Shown: positions 1 to 9,647, counted from the stretch's first letter. The stretch: 64,000 nucleotides of DNA from Verrucomicrobiota bacterium (GCA_947471985.1 CANIZL010000003.1:747-64746), one strand, 5' to 3'. Numbers and translations are program-made. Notes: generated from the letters alone by a model not told the origin.

Positions 1-2
1 AG

Positions 3-125
3 CAGTTCATTCGGTTTCGGGACCGCTTCAGTCCGAAGCGGAAGGATGGGGCCCGCCCCATCCGAGGCGTCCCACTCCCCGGAATCACCGTGCTGCGCGA
101 CCTGCGCGTCGACGCCATCGGCTGA
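3..125 (+). CDS. 3' end of an unidentified CDS entering from the left edge (partial)
   Basis: Frame 3 is open from the window edge to TGA at 123-125. It reads QFIRFRDRFSPKRKDGARPIRGVPLPGITVLRDLRVDAIG, with G/C-rich third codon positions like the confident genes. No family recognised. Confidence 0.3.
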   Translation, partial: QFIRFRDRFSPKRKDGARPIRGVPLPGITVLRDLRVDAIG

Positions 126-377
126 CGGCTCAAAGAACCGGTCCGTTAACAGGCCGAACCGGCGCAATCCCTGCGCCGGAAAGGGAGAACTCTGCCCATT
201 GAAGGCAACCTCGGTCCGCCCGGTGCATAGCGAGGAACAAAAGTAAGCTGAGCACCGGCCAAAATAGCCATCCCGGTCCAATTCCTCCGCCCAAAGTTCA
301 CTCCGCCGCCTGTTGCATCACCAGCGGTGATGCCCCCCGCAAGATATTGAGGCTGGCTCCCTATCCGGCGAAGATAG

Positions 378-524
378 CGAACCTGGCACGATCGCTACGC
401 TGGGCGAACAGGGAGGTTGGCACCATCTTTAGGGGGATCGAATGGGGAGCCCGGCACGATGGTTTAGGCAATGAACCTGGCACGCCTTGCAGCGGGGCTG
501 GGAATATTGAACCTGGCATCTTGC
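378..524. repeat. Five phased copies of the GAACCTGGCAC-type motif (same family as 60851-61228)
   Basis: GAACCTGGCAC at 379-389, GGTTGGCAC ending at 423, CCCGGCAC ending at 457, TGAACCTGGCAC at 472-483, TGAACCTGGCAT at 508-519. The (T/C)GGCA(C/T) cores start at 384, 418, 452, 478 and 514. TTTAGG blocks are interspersed. The region is intergenic, upstream of the DUF4197 gene. Confidence 0.75.
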
Positions 525-611
525 GTTTGAGTTTTCATAACCGGGTCCCGTGAGCGGGCTACCCCAGTTGTATTCGGACCATCGCGGACTAGGGTGGAAC
601 TCTTGTTCACC

Positions 612-1442
612 ATGAAAACAACCTCCCGCCCAGTTTTTCTCCAGGCCCTATCGCACTCCCGGCGGCCGCTTGTGAACTTGAGCCTGGGGTTGGGGCTCGC
701 TATCGCCGGGTCGGTGTCAGCTGGTTTTCTGGATTTTCTGGGCGCAAAAGGGGGCAAGGCAGCGGCACCCTCCGCAGTGCTGGCCGGTGCCCTGAGTGAT
801 GATCAGATGATAGCCGGCTTAAAGGAGGCCTTGGGGAATGGAGTGAAACAAGCCGTCAGCCAGTTGGGACGCGAAGGCGGATTTCTCACCAACGTCGCCG
901 TAAAAATTCCGGTTCCCGAAAGCTTGAAACGCGTGGAGCGTCTCGCCCGGGCCGCCGGACAGGAAAAACTGGCCGACGATTTTGTGGCTTCCCTCAATCA
1001 TGCCGCGGAGAAGGCCGTTCCGGAGGCCGCGGCCGTCTTTGGCGAGGCGCTTCAGCAAATGTCCATTGAGGACGCCAAGAATATCCTCACCGGCCCGGTC
1101 GATTCCGCCACCCAGTTCTTCGCCCGAACCACCCGCACCAATCTTTACACCCGCTTCCATCCTCTGGTGGAAAAGGCAACCACCGAGGCCGGGGTGACCG
1201 GAGCCTATAAAAAACTGTCCAACCGAGTGGCCGATGCCGATCTGTTGGGCGGTGGATTGGTCGGAAACCTGAGGAAAGCAGTGACGGACCAGAAGGCTCC
1301 AGATCTGGACGGTTACGTGACCGACAAGGCGTTGGATGGACTCTTCAAAATGGTGGCCGAAGAGGAAAAGCGCATCCGGGAAAATCCAATCGCCCGCACC
1401 ACCGACCTGCTGAAGACGGTTTTTGGTTCCTTGAGCCGCTGA
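612..1442 (+). CDS. DUF4197 family secreted protein/lipoprotein
   Basis: ORF 594..1442. The ATG at 612 gives MKTTSRPVFL followed by a hydrophobic signal-like segment. The body (LSDDQMIAGLKEALGNGVKQAVSQLGREGGFL...VKIPVPESL...MSIEDAKNILTG) matches the DUF4197 pattern I recognise. Confidence 0.85.
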   Translation: MKTTSRPVFLQALSHSRRPLVNLSLGLGLAIAGSVSAGFLDFLGAKGGKAAAPSAVLAGALSDDQMIAGLKEALGNGVKQAVSQLGREGGFLTNVAVKIPVPESLKRVERLARAAGQEKLADDFVASLNHAAEKAVPEAAAVFGEALQQMSIEDAKNILTGPVDSATQFFARTTRTNLYTRFHPLVEKATTEAGVTGAYKKLSNRVADADLLGGGLVGNLRKAVTDQKAPDLDGYVTDKALDGLFKMVAEEEKRIRENPIARTTDLLKTVFGSLSR

Positions 1443-1545
1443 GGAAGGAGCCGAGTCGCCTGCGGGTGATCGCCTACCGAGGTTGCGCGTTCCCTGCCTT
1501 GACTCCCGGAGGCGTCCCCGTTTCTGTCGGGTACCAGGATATTCC

Positions 1546-2688
1546 ATGAGCGAGATGCAAGATCCCTTCCGCGAGCAGCGAACGACGACCGGTGTGTTTC
1601 CCGGCCAATTCCAAGGCGAAGAAGTGCCCATGATCCTCCGCCACGAAGATGTGCGACGCGCCGCCAAGGATTGGAAAACTTACAGCTCCGACGCTCCTTT
1701 TCGCGTTCCCATCCCTTCGGAAGAGGACGTCCGCTCCATGCGACAGCTGCCGGTCGAGACCGATCCGCCCGACCACACCGATTACCGGGAAATCGTCGAA
1801 CCTTTCTTCCGACGCGCCAAGGATCCCGGCGTGGTGGCCCAAGTCGAGACCTTGATGGAGCGGCTGCTGACCGACGCTTTGAGCCGGGATTCGATTGAAA
1901 TCGTCCGGCAATTTGCGCTCCCTTTGCAGTCCCGCGCCCTGGCGTACCTGCTCAATGTCCCGGAGGCGGAATCGGAGGTCTGGATCAGCTGGGGAACCCA
2001 TGTGTTTCGCGACGGCGGCAACGGGCAAAAGAAGGGGCAGGCGTTGGAGATCTACCTGCAGGGCCGTTTGGATCAGGCACTCGCCGAACCAGGCGAGGAT
2101 TTCTTCAGTGCCCTGACCCAAGCCAAGTTCCGGGGCCGGCCGCTGACCCGGGAGGAAATGATGGGGTTCGCCAACCTCACTTTCGCCGGCGGCCGCGACA
2201 CCATCATTCATACCGTTTCCTCCGTGCTCGGCTATCTGGCGCGGCGTCCCGAGGCCTTTGAATTCCTACGGCAGGATCCCTCCCGCGTGGTCCACGCGTG
2301 CGAGGAATTCTTCCGGGTTATCACCCCGCTGACGCATATTGGCCGGGTTTGTCCGGTGACGACGGATGTCCATGGGCAGACCGTCCCAGCCGGGGGACGG
2401 GTTTCCTTGTGTTGGGCTTCGGCGAATCAGGACGAGGCCGCATTCGATGCCCCCGGCGAGGTGCGGCTGGACCGCAAACCCAATCCCCACCTGGCCTTCG
2501 GTTTCGGGGCGCATTTGTGTCTCGGGGCCGCCCACGCGCGACTGCTGGTGCGAACGCTCCTGCAGCAATGCCTCGAACGGGTTTCCGCCATCACCATTCT
2601 TTCCGCGCAGGAACGGGTGGAGGACGAGGCGCGTTACCAGCGGGTCATGGGCTACGAATCACTGGTGGTGAAATTGACCCCGCGCTGA
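1546..2688 (+). CDS. Cytochrome P450
   Basis: ORF 1483..2688, with a likely ATG at 1546 (MSEMQD). The heme-thiolate loop FGFGAHLCLGAAHAR is near the C-terminus and an EEFFR (ExxR-like) motif lies upstream of it. Confidence 0.9.
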   Translation: MSEMQDPFREQRTTTGVFPGQFQGEEVPMILRHEDVRRAAKDWKTYSSDAPFRVPIPSEEDVRSMRQLPVETDPPDHTDYREIVEPFFRRAKDPGVVAQVETLMERLLTDALSRDSIEIVRQFALPLQSRALAYLLNVPEAESEVWISWGTHVFRDGGNGQKKGQALEIYLQGRLDQALAEPGEDFFSALTQAKFRGRPLTREEMMGFANLTFAGGRDTIIHTVSSVLGYLARRPEAFEFLRQDPSRVVHACEEFFRVITPLTHIGRVCPVTTDVHGQTVPAGGRVSLCWASANQDEAAFDAPGEVRLDRKPNPHLAFGFGAHLCLGAAHARLLVRTLLQQCLERVSAITILSAQERVEDEARYQRVMGYESLVVKLTPR

Positions 2689-2732
2689 ACGGGCGACCGG
2701 GTGACCGGGCGACCGGCTGTCCGTCGAGTCCT

Positions 2733-3884
2733 TCAGAGGGTCGCCGCCAAATTCCGGGTCAATTTTTCCAACCACAGCGCAGCCTCCGCCTTCGCTTCGG
2801 TGGCCGGTGCCAGGTCCGGTACGATGGCCCGGGTGGACGTAAAGAGTTGCTGTTCCGGCGAGAGGTCGGGCACCGCTTCCACCACACCGGCCAATCCGTG
2901 ACAAGGCTTGCCCGCCGCCCGCGCCAAGGCAGCAATACGCCCCGTGCCCTTGCCCATCAGCGTTTGTCGATCGAGTCCGCCTTCACCGGTTAGCACCAAA
3001 TCCGCCCGGGCAATCTTTGCCTCGAGCCGGGCCAGATCGGCGAAGATCTCAAAGCCCGATTCCAATCGCCCGCCCAAAAACGCCCGCAGGGCGAACCCCA
3101 GTCCGCCCGCCGCACCGCTGCCGGCATCAACGGCATAGTCATGGCCGAGCTGCTCGCGCAGCACCTGGGCGAGACGTCCCAAGGCCGCGTCCGCCAGCGG
3201 TTGATCTGCTGCCGTCAGGCCCTTCTGCGGTCCGTAAATGGCCGAACAACCGGAGGGGCCGAGCAGGGGATTGCTGACATCACACGCTCCAATCACTTCA
3301 CCGGACCACGTCTGCAGGGGCGGCACCCAGGTGTGCAGGCGGGTGAGTTCGGTCCAACGGGTGATCTCCCGTCTGTCCGCGTCCAGGAAACGGCCGCCCA
3401 GAGCGCGGGCGAGACCGAAGCCCGCATCGTTGGTAGCACTGCCTCCCAACCCGATGATGAGTCGCTGGGCTCCATACTGCACGGCCGCGGCGATGGTTTC
3501 CCCCAAGCCCCGGGTATCGAGGTCGAACGGATGAAATTGCCCGGTCGGGAGCAACGCCAAACCAATGCTTTGGGCGGATTCAATGATGGCCGTGCGCGTG
3601 GTTGGATCCCATGCCCAACCCGCAATGCGGGGACGGTGCGCGGCGTCCATCGTCTCCACCGTGCGACTCTCGGCTTGCAACAGTTCCGCCAGCACGAGAC
3701 TGAATCCGTCCCCGCCGTCGCTCATGGGCAACAACTCCAGACTGTCGTCGGGGTACACCTGTCTCCAGCCCCGCGCCATCGCTTCGGCGGCGGCGCGGGC
3801 GGTCAGTGTCCCCTTGAACTTGTCGGGGACGACCAAGAGGTGGCGCGGTGCCCGGGAGGGACGACGCGAGGTGTCGGGGCTCAC
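2733..3884 (-). CDS. Glycerate kinase
   Basis: 383-aa ORF with a GTG start at 3884. N-terminal LLVVPDKFKGTLTA, then SDGGDGF and GGSATNDAG blocks typical of the glycerate kinase family. Confidence 0.85.
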   Translation of the reverse strand: MSPDTSRRPSRAPRHLLVVPDKFKGTLTARAAAEAMARGWRQVYPDDSLELLPMSDGGDGFSLVLAELLQAESRTVETMDAAHRPRIAGWAWDPTTRTAIIESAQSIGLALLPTGQFHPFDLDTRGLGETIAAAVQYGAQRLIIGLGGSATNDAGFGLARALGGRFLDADRREITRWTELTRLHTWVPPLQTWSGEVIGACDVSNPLLGPSGCSAIYGPQKGLTAADQPLADAALGRLAQVLREQLGHDYAVDAGSGAAGGLGFALRAFLGGRLESGFEIFADLARLEAKIARADLVLTGEGGLDRQTLMGKGTGRIAALARAAGKPCHGLAGVVEAVPDLSPEQQLFTSTRAIVPDLAPATEAKAEAALWLEKLTRNLAATL

Positions 3885-3895
3885 CGCTGGGAGGA

Positions 3896-4792
3896 TCAGC
3901 GCTTGGCCGGGCGCTTGGCCGGGCGCTTGGCAGCCGGGGCCTTCAGGCGTTTGAACTCCTTGGTCAGATTCGTGAGTGAAGCCTCGACGCCCATGCGCTC
4001 CAGCGAACTGGCCCCGACGAAGCCCACCGCGTCCGTGCCTTTGAGCACGCGTTCGGCATCGGCCGGCGTATTGATTGGTCCGCCGTGGCAGAGGAAGAAC
4101 AGATCCTTCCGGACGCGTGATGCGGCATCGATAATCTCCTGCGTCCGCTTCAAGGTGAAGTCCCAGCTGACGACCGATTTCGTGACGCCGATGGAACCGC
4201 CGACGGTGGTGCCCACGTGGGCGATGATGGCGTCAGCGCCGGCCTTGGCCATCTCCACGGCCTCCTCGGGCGAGCCGACGTAGACGATGGAGAACAGGTC
4301 CATGCGTCGGGCCAGGGCGATCATTTCGTACTCCTTCTTCACGCTCATGCCGGTTTCCTCCAGCACGCCGCGGAAATGGCCGTCGACGATGGTGTGGGTC
4401 GGGAAATTGTTCACGCCGGAGAAGCCCATCTCCTTGACCTGGCCGAGCCAGTGCCACATGCGGCGGCGGGGATCGGTGGCGTGCACGCCGCAGATCACCG
4501 GTACCTCTTCCACGACGGGCAGCACTTCGTACTCGCCGATCTCCATGGCGATCGCATTGGCGTCGCCGTAGGCCATCATGCCGCAGGTGGAGCCGTGGCC
4601 CATCATGCGAAAACGGCCGGAATTATAAATGATGATCAGGTCCGCTCCGCCCTTTTCAATGAACTTGGCGGAGATGCCGGTGCCGGCTCCGGCGGCAATG
4701 ATGGCGTCGCCGCGTTTGAGGGTATCGCGCAGGCGGGCGCAGACTTCCTTGCGGGTGTACGGGTTTCCTTTTCCGGTCCAGGGATTCGGCAT
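3896..4792 (-). CDS. Phosphoenolpyruvate hydrolase-like TIM-barrel protein (PEP_hydrolase/UPF0261-partner family)
   Basis: 298-aa ORF. IIAAGAGTGISAKFIEKGGADLIIIYNSGRFRM...GVNNFPT...CHGGPI matches the family I recognise. The C-terminal tail is AKRPAKRPAKR. Confidence 0.75.
   Translation of the reverse strand: MPNPWTGKGNPYTRKEVCARLRDTLKRGDAIIAAGAGTGISAKFIEKGGADLIIIYNSGRFRMMGHGSTCGMMAYGDANAIAMEIGEYEVLPVVEEVPVICGVHATDPRRRMWHWLGQVKEMGFSGVNNFPTHTIVDGHFRGVLEETGMSVKKEYEMIALARRMDLFSIVYVGSPEEAVEMAKAGADAIIAHVGTTVGGSIGVTKSVVSWDFTLKRTQEIIDAASRVRKDLFFLCHGGPINTPADAERVLKGTDAVGFVGASSLERMGVEASLTNLTKEFKRLKAPAAKRPAKRPAKR
3899..3931. repeat. 12-bp tandem repeat (GCGCTTGGCCGG x2 plus a partial third copy) at the 3' end of the CDS
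   Basis: GCGCTTGGCCGG at 3899-3910 and 3911-3922, then GCGCTTGGC at 3923-3931. On the minus strand this encodes (AKRP)n immediately before the stop codon. Confidence 0.9.
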
Positions 4793-4967
4793 GGCAATGA
4801 TGACTGGTTAAAACGTGTCGTGAAACAATCGCGTGGTACGACTGGGAGCATGATGCCCGATGGTCCGTTGGCAACCATGCCCGAAAGCCACCGGTAGCTA
4901 TGGGAAATGCAGTCGGGGCGATGCGCCGCTGACGCGAGTTGGGTGGGATGCGAGCGGCGGAAAGGAC

Positions 4968-5876
4968 CTAAGGAGCAGCCGGTCCGGGGGCGTTGGAGGC
5001 CAGTTTTTGGGCCAAATCGGCTTCGAGATCCCGCAGCGCGGGAGTGGCGCGGAGGCGTTCGGGGAGCTGTCGGCAGGCCTGCAGGGCCTTTTGCCAGGCG
5101 GTCCGGGCTTCGGCGATCCGGCCGGCGGCGAGCAGCACATCCCCACGTCGGGAGAGCCAGGACTCCTGCCGATCCGACTCCGCGGCCAGGGCATCCACCC
5201 GGGCGAGGGCATTGGTGTAATCCCGGGCGCGCAGAGCGATGTCGAGGGCGAGCAACTGCAATCCCGGCACGGGTCCCAGTCGGGCCAGTCCCGCGTCGAG
5301 TCCCGCCAGGACGGCGCTGAAATTGGTGGGTGAGGCGGCCAGTTGAGCGCGGGCCCGGGCGAGAAAGCTTTCCGCCCGGGGATCCTTCTGACGCTGCAAG
5401 GCCTCCGAGTACGACGTCACGGCCTCCGCCGGGCGGCCGCACTTGACCAGGGCCTCCGCTCGCAAGAGGTGCACCGTGGCGATTGGGTTGGTTCCGGTCA
5501 GGGCCTGGTCCAATCGCCGCAGGGCATTGGTGAATTCACCGGATGCCAATTCCAAGCGGGCCATGCCGAGTTGCGCCGACAGCAGGTGCGGACTCGCCCG
5601 TAAGACGTAAGCAAAATCTTCCCGCGCCATGGCGACCGTGTTGGTATCGCCGGGACGCGGATGATCCCGCAGCAGTTCACCGCGCCGCAGCCGGGCGGTG
5701 AGATCCTGCGGGTGGCGTTCCAACTGGGCCGTCAGTAGGCGAATTTGATCGTCCTCCGGTCCGTGGGCGAACGTGATCCCGACGATAGTGATGGCCAGCA
5801 GCCAGCCGCGGCATCCGGCCGACCGCCGCAATCGCCAGCGGGACGCTCCGGTGGCACGGCGGCCGGGCGGCTTCAC
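4968..5876 (-). CDS. TPR-repeat protein with an N-terminal membrane anchor
   Basis: This is the C-terminal ~300 aa of the 500-aa ORF 4968..6470. A GTG at 5876 overlaps the dapF stop (GTGA overlap at 5873-5876). A hydrophobic WLLAITIVGITF segment is followed by Ala/Leu/Arg-rich TPR-like helical repeats. Confidence 0.65.
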   Translation of the reverse strand: MKPPGRRATGASRWRLRRSAGCRGWLLAITIVGITFAHGPEDDQIRLLTAQLERHPQDLTARLRRGELLRDHPRPGDTNTVAMAREDFAYVLRASPHLLSAQLGMARLELASGEFTNALRRLDQALTGTNPIATVHLLRAEALVKCGRPAEAVTSYSEALQRQKDPRAESFLARARAQLAASPTNFSAVLAGLDAGLARLGPVPGLQLLALDIALRARDYTNALARVDALAAESDRQESWLSRRGDVLLAAGRIAEARTAWQKALQACRQLPERLRATPALRDLEADLAQKLASNAPGPAAP

Positions 5877-6694
5877 GACGGCAACGGCATCCGGCCTTCG
5901 AAGACAAACGTCGCCGGGCCGGTGAGGCGCACGTCGCTGAACTGTCCGTGGTCCTGGCGGAACGCGACCTCTAGATGATCGCCGCCCTGCACCTGCACTT
6001 GCACCGGAGAGGTGAAGCCATGGACGGCGGCGCTGATCATGGCGGCGGCGCTGACGCCGGTGCCGCAGGCCAGGGTTTCCCCTTCCACACCGCGTTCGTA
6101 GGTCCGCACGCGAATGAAATTCGGGCCCTGAATCTGGGCGAAGTTCACGTTGGTGCCGCGCGGTTTGAAATGCGGATGATAGCGGAGTTCGGCGCCGAGT
6201 TGCTGCACCGGGGTCTTGTCCGCATCCGGCACGAACACCACGGCGTGGGGGACGCCGGTGTTGAGCGAGCTGACTTCCAACGTCCCGGACGACGTCGGCA
6301 CGGACTCCTTGAGCTTGAGCTGGTGCGGCGGGGTGAGGTTGACTGTGACCCGTTCGCCATGGAATTCGGCAGTGATGACGCCGGCCACGGTTTCGAACGT
6401 GACGCTCGGGTGGACCCATTCGGTGACGCGCTGGATGAACCGGGCAAAGCAACGGGCGCCGTTGCCGCACATTTCCGCATCGGAACCATCATTGTTCCAG
6501 AAACGCCAGGCGAAATCCGCCTTACCGGAGTGACACGACACCAACAGCATCAGCCCGTCCGCGCCAATGCCGAATTGACGGTGACACAACCGGACTACCT
6601 GGGCGCGGCTCAGTTCCGACAGCCGACTCAGGCGGTCGTCCACCAGGATGAAGTCATTGCCGGCACCCGACATCTTTGTGAATTCCAAAATCAT
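5873..6694 (-). CDS. dapF: Diaminopimelate epimerase
   Basis: 273-aa ORF starting MILEFTKMSGAGNDFILVDD, with MCGNGARC and ACGTG active-site Cys motifs. Confidence 0.92.
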   Translation of the reverse strand: MILEFTKMSGAGNDFILVDDRLSRLSELSRAQVVRLCHRQFGIGADGLMLLVSCHSGKADFAWRFWNNDGSDAEMCGNGARCFARFIQRVTEWVHPSVTFETVAGVITAEFHGERVTVNLTPPHQLKLKESVPTSSGTLEVSSLNTGVPHAVVFVPDADKTPVQQLGAELRYHPHFKPRGTNVNFAQIQGPNFIRVRTYERGVEGETLACGTGVSAAAMISAAVHGFTSPVQVQVQGGDHLEVAFRQDHGQFSDVRLTGPATFVFEGRMPLPS

Positions 6695-6800
6695 CGCGGG
6701 AGCACGGTAGTAGCCGCCGGGCGTTTGAACAATGGAGAGAGGAGGGGACGAAAAAGGACGGCCAGCGGGTCGTACTTCAACGTGCGCCTCCGTGCCGTTG

Positions 6801-8255
6801 TCAGGCGCCGAGGCGCTCTAGAATGTTGCGTGTGATCCGGCGCACGAATGGGTCGCCGCCCCGCAGGCCATGCGCCCAATCCGTGCTGCCGCAGGTGAAG
6901 ACTGTGCCGCCGCGCGTATAGACGCCCAGCACGGCGTTGCCTTTCCGCCCGTTCTCCCATTCGTCGTACCATTGGCAATCGTCCGGATGCCACTGCGCCG
7001 GGGCGGTGCCGAGGATTTCGAAGGACTCCGGCGTGCCGTCCTTGTGGGTGGGGAAGGGGAGTCCGTCGCGCCAGGTCAACTGGCAGCCATCGCACTCGTA
7101 GCCCACGATGGTGTCCTTGCCGCCAAACGCATCGCCCCGCTTCAGGTCGGTGCCGGCGAAGAGCCAATGTTCCGGCCGGTGCACCGTGAAGGCACCGCTG
7201 CCGTCCATCAATTGGCCGTGGCTCAGATGGTATCCGCCCCACAGGAAGCCGACGCCGGTGAGTTCGTTTTCGGGGCGTCGGACCAGGTAATGGCTCCACA
7301 GCGACGACAACGTCGACCGACTCTGCCGCGCCTGATAAATCGGGTCGGAATGGTAGTTTTGTTTCCAGCAGGCGAGGGCCTGCCCCTGGTCTTCGCTGCG
7401 CACCTGCCAGCAACAGGTGTTGCCGCTGAAGAAGGCGACGTTGCCGCCTTGGGCGATGAATTTCTCCAGCGTGTCCCGCATGGGCGCGGACCAATATTCA
7501 TCGTGGCCCACACTCAGTACGAGGCGGCGATCGGTGAGGATCTCCGGATGGAATTCCAGATCGTTGTTGGCGGCGTAATCGAGGGCGATGCCATTCTGTT
7601 CGGCCCAGATGACGAAGGGTTCCTCCCAGTTGGCGAATTGACTGGCGGGCGGGCGTTGGAAGGAGACGCGGTGACCCTGATTGCCATCGCGCCCGTTGTA
7701 GGCGTACAGACTGAAGCCGCCGTAGTTGTTATACGCGTTGTAGGTGTTGGTGGAGAGCTGCAGCAGGATTTTGGCGCGGGGCGCTCCGGGAGCCGGGCGC
7801 AGGATGAAGAAACAGGTGCCGCTGGCGGTGGGATGGTCCGGGGTCCGAAGACGCACCTGATAATACCCGGTCCGCCATTCTGCGGGCAGTTTCAGGGAAA
7901 CGCTGACGGGCCAATCGCAACCGTGCGAGGAGGCGGTGGGGGGGACGGCCCGTCGTTCGGTCGCAATCCCGTCCCGGCGCCAGACCGATTCCGGTTTCGC
8001 CCCGAGCCGGAGAAGTTCCACCGAGCACGTCGGAGTCGAGGTGGAGAGGTGCAGGGTTAATTCCTCGCCGGGAACGTAGCTGACGCGCCCGGCATAACCT
8101 TCGAGCACCGGGGCATTGGCTTCGGCGGCCGCGGCGACCGTGCCGGCCAGGGGCAGGAGAACGGCGGCGGTGGCTAACGTGCGGCACGCTTCGCGACGGG
8201 GAATTAGCTTTCCATTCACCCGCAAACTGTGCGGCCCTCCGCGGCCCGGAGGCAA
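6801..8255 (-). CDS. Secreted N,N-dimethylformamidase beta-subunit-like family protein (function unknown)
   Basis: 484-aa ORF with a signal-like N-terminus (RTLATAAVLLPLAGTVAAAAEA). Blocks LQLSTNTYNAYNNYGGFSLY, VGHDEYWSAPMR and GGNVAFFSGNTCCWQVR resemble the DMFase large-subunit-like family as I recall it. Confidence 0.6.
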   Translation of the reverse strand: MPPGRGGPHSLRVNGKLIPRREACRTLATAAVLLPLAGTVAAAAEANAPVLEGYAGRVSYVPGEELTLHLSTSTPTCSVELLRLGAKPESVWRRDGIATERRAVPPTASSHGCDWPVSVSLKLPAEWRTGYYQVRLRTPDHPTASGTCFFILRPAPGAPRAKILLQLSTNTYNAYNNYGGFSLYAYNGRDGNQGHRVSFQRPPASQFANWEEPFVIWAEQNGIALDYAANNDLEFHPEILTDRRLVLSVGHDEYWSAPMRDTLEKFIAQGGNVAFFSGNTCCWQVRSEDQGQALACWKQNYHSDPIYQARQSRSTLSSLWSHYLVRRPENELTGVGFLWGGYHLSHGQLMDGSGAFTVHRPEHWLFAGTDLKRGDAFGGKDTIVGYECDGCQLTWRDGLPFPTHKDGTPESFEILGTAPAQWHPDDCQWYDEWENGRKGNAVLGVYTRGGTVFTCGSTDWAHGLRGGDPFVRRITRNILERLGA

Positions 8256-8405
8256 GCGCTGGAGTGGTCTTCCGTCCCGCCCGTGACGGGCGCGATCGCT
8301 GCATCACGGCGCAACGCGCGGCGTGGCGGACGGATGGGGTGGCGGACGGACGTGGTGTGATGGAAGCCTTGTTTCAGGCCCCGCCCCTCGGCCTGTCCCG
8401 GCGAA

Positions 8406-8900
8406 TCAAAACGGCAGGCGATTGCGCTCGCGCAGTTCGCCGAGGGTTTGGGCCATCACCATCGCGGTCTGGGCGGCCTCGACGCCGCGATTGGTCTTGG
8501 GATCCAGACATCGCGCTTTGGCCTGGGATTCGTTTTGCACCAGCAACACTTCGTGAACGCAGGGAATCCGGTAACCGATCTGCAAGTGCATCAGGGCGTC
8601 GGTGATCGCCCGGCCGATATGTTCCGCGTGCGTGGTTTCTCCCTGAATGATGACTCCGAGGCACACGATGGCGTCGGGTGCGTCCGGTGCGCTGTGGGCC
8701 AACTGGCTGGCCACGACGGGAATCTCGAAGGCTCCGGGCACGCGAATCACTTCCACCTCGCAGGGGCCGCCGGCGCGTAAGGTGGCCACGGCGGCTTTCA
8801 ACATGCTGTCAACGTATTTGGCGTTGTAGCGGCTGGCGATGATGACAAAGCGTTTTCCGGCGGATTTTGCCCCGGTCTTCTTTTTGTTGGGTTTCAGCAT
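8406..8900 (-). CDS. ribH: 6,7-dimethyl-8-ribityllumazine synthase
   Basis: ATG at 8900 (MLKPNKKK...), inside the longer ORF 8406..9479. FVIIASRYNAKYVDSML...VPGAFEIP...LGVIIQGETTHAEHI is the lumazine synthase signature. Confidence 0.9.
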   Translation of the reverse strand: MLKPNKKKTGAKSAGKRFVIIASRYNAKYVDSMLKAAVATLRAGGPCEVEVIRVPGAFEIPVVASQLAHSAPDAPDAIVCLGVIIQGETTHAEHIGRAITDALMHLQIGYRIPCVHEVLLVQNESQAKARCLDPKTNRGVEAAQTAMVMAQTLGELRERNRLPF

Positions 8901-8929
8901 GGGATTTTTGGGGTAATGGCCCGACGTTG

Positions 8930-9388
8930 TTACCGGGAGATATCGGCTTGATACAGCACCCGGAACTGATGTCGACGGAAGGATTCCTCCGCGGTGTCGG
9001 GACATTCGAGGCTCATGACCAGTGCGGGTTTGCTGCCGGGCCGGATGAGAAAGGGGTAGATGTAATGCAGGTTCAATTCGGCTTCGCACAAGGCCGCCAG
9101 AATCTCCTGGAGCTGGTGTTCGTAGTCGAATTCCACACAAACGACCGGATTTTCCGTAAAGGGGAGGGCGTGCTCGTCCAGCAAGGACCGGGCCCGGTCC
9201 GGATCGTCCACCAGAAACCGGAGAATCGTGCTGTCGGTCGTGTCGAGCACGCTCAGCGCCACCACGTGGACCTCCCGCTCCGCCAGCAGGCGCACCACCT
9301 GGTACATGCGCCCCATGCGATTCGGCACGAACACCGAAAACTGGTGTACGGGTTCCGATGGACTGGCGACCGCGGTTTCCTCTGCCAT
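8930..9388 (-). CDS. ACT-domain-like small regulatory protein
   Basis: ATG at 9388 (MAEETAV...), inside ORF 8930..9685. Two beta-alpha-beta-beta-alpha-beta-like halves (FSVFVPNRMGRMYQVVRLLAEREVHVVALSV and VVCVEFDYEHQLQEILAALCEAELNLHYIY) are typical of tandem ACT proteins. Confidence 0.6.
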   Translation of the reverse strand: MAEETAVASPSEPVHQFSVFVPNRMGRMYQVVRLLAEREVHVVALSVLDTTDSTILRFLVDDPDRARSLLDEHALPFTENPVVCVEFDYEHQLQEILAALCEAELNLHYIYPFLIRPGSKPALVMSLECPDTAEESFRRHQFRVLYQADISR

Positions 9389-9647
9389 GTCCGGAAAGTG
9401 ATGGTGGAATCGACATTTCCAAGCGCCAAGTGGCGGCGCCCGGAATGAGCTGTTGACGCCCCAACCTCCCGCCGCACAATGGCTTCTTTCACCGACGGCG
9501 TGAAAGTCTGTTCCGCCCGCCGCGTTCCCGGTCTCGGGGCGCCGGGGCCAAGACCCCGATGGGTCCGGACCTGCTGTAATGATTAGTGCCATGCTGCAAA
9601 ACTCGCCCTGCCCGCCGCCGCCCCCGGTGTTGTCAGGGGGCGGTTGG

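Noticed and set aside
471-530. Tiny ORF MNLARLAAGLGILNLASCV with a lipobox-like LASC, plus ORFs 347..553 +, 60806..61024 + and 60943..61149 - that run through the repeats
   Set aside because: The peptide is generated by two copies of the AACCTGGCA motif (NLA twice) and stops one residue after the Cys. The other ORFs merely translate the repeat units in different frames, and the motif is read in different frames at different copies.
4968-6470. 500-aa ORF taken at face value (likewise the upstream extensions of 8406..9479, 8930..9685, 55898..56767, 56566..57033 and 58736..60973)
   Set aside because: The N-terminal extensions overlap well-supported genes (dapF, the ACT protein) or the repeat array and are Arg/Pro/Gly-rich nonsense. 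Internal starts give canonical N-termini, for example MLKPNKKK for RibH and MRQSFAEFLG for the aquaporin.
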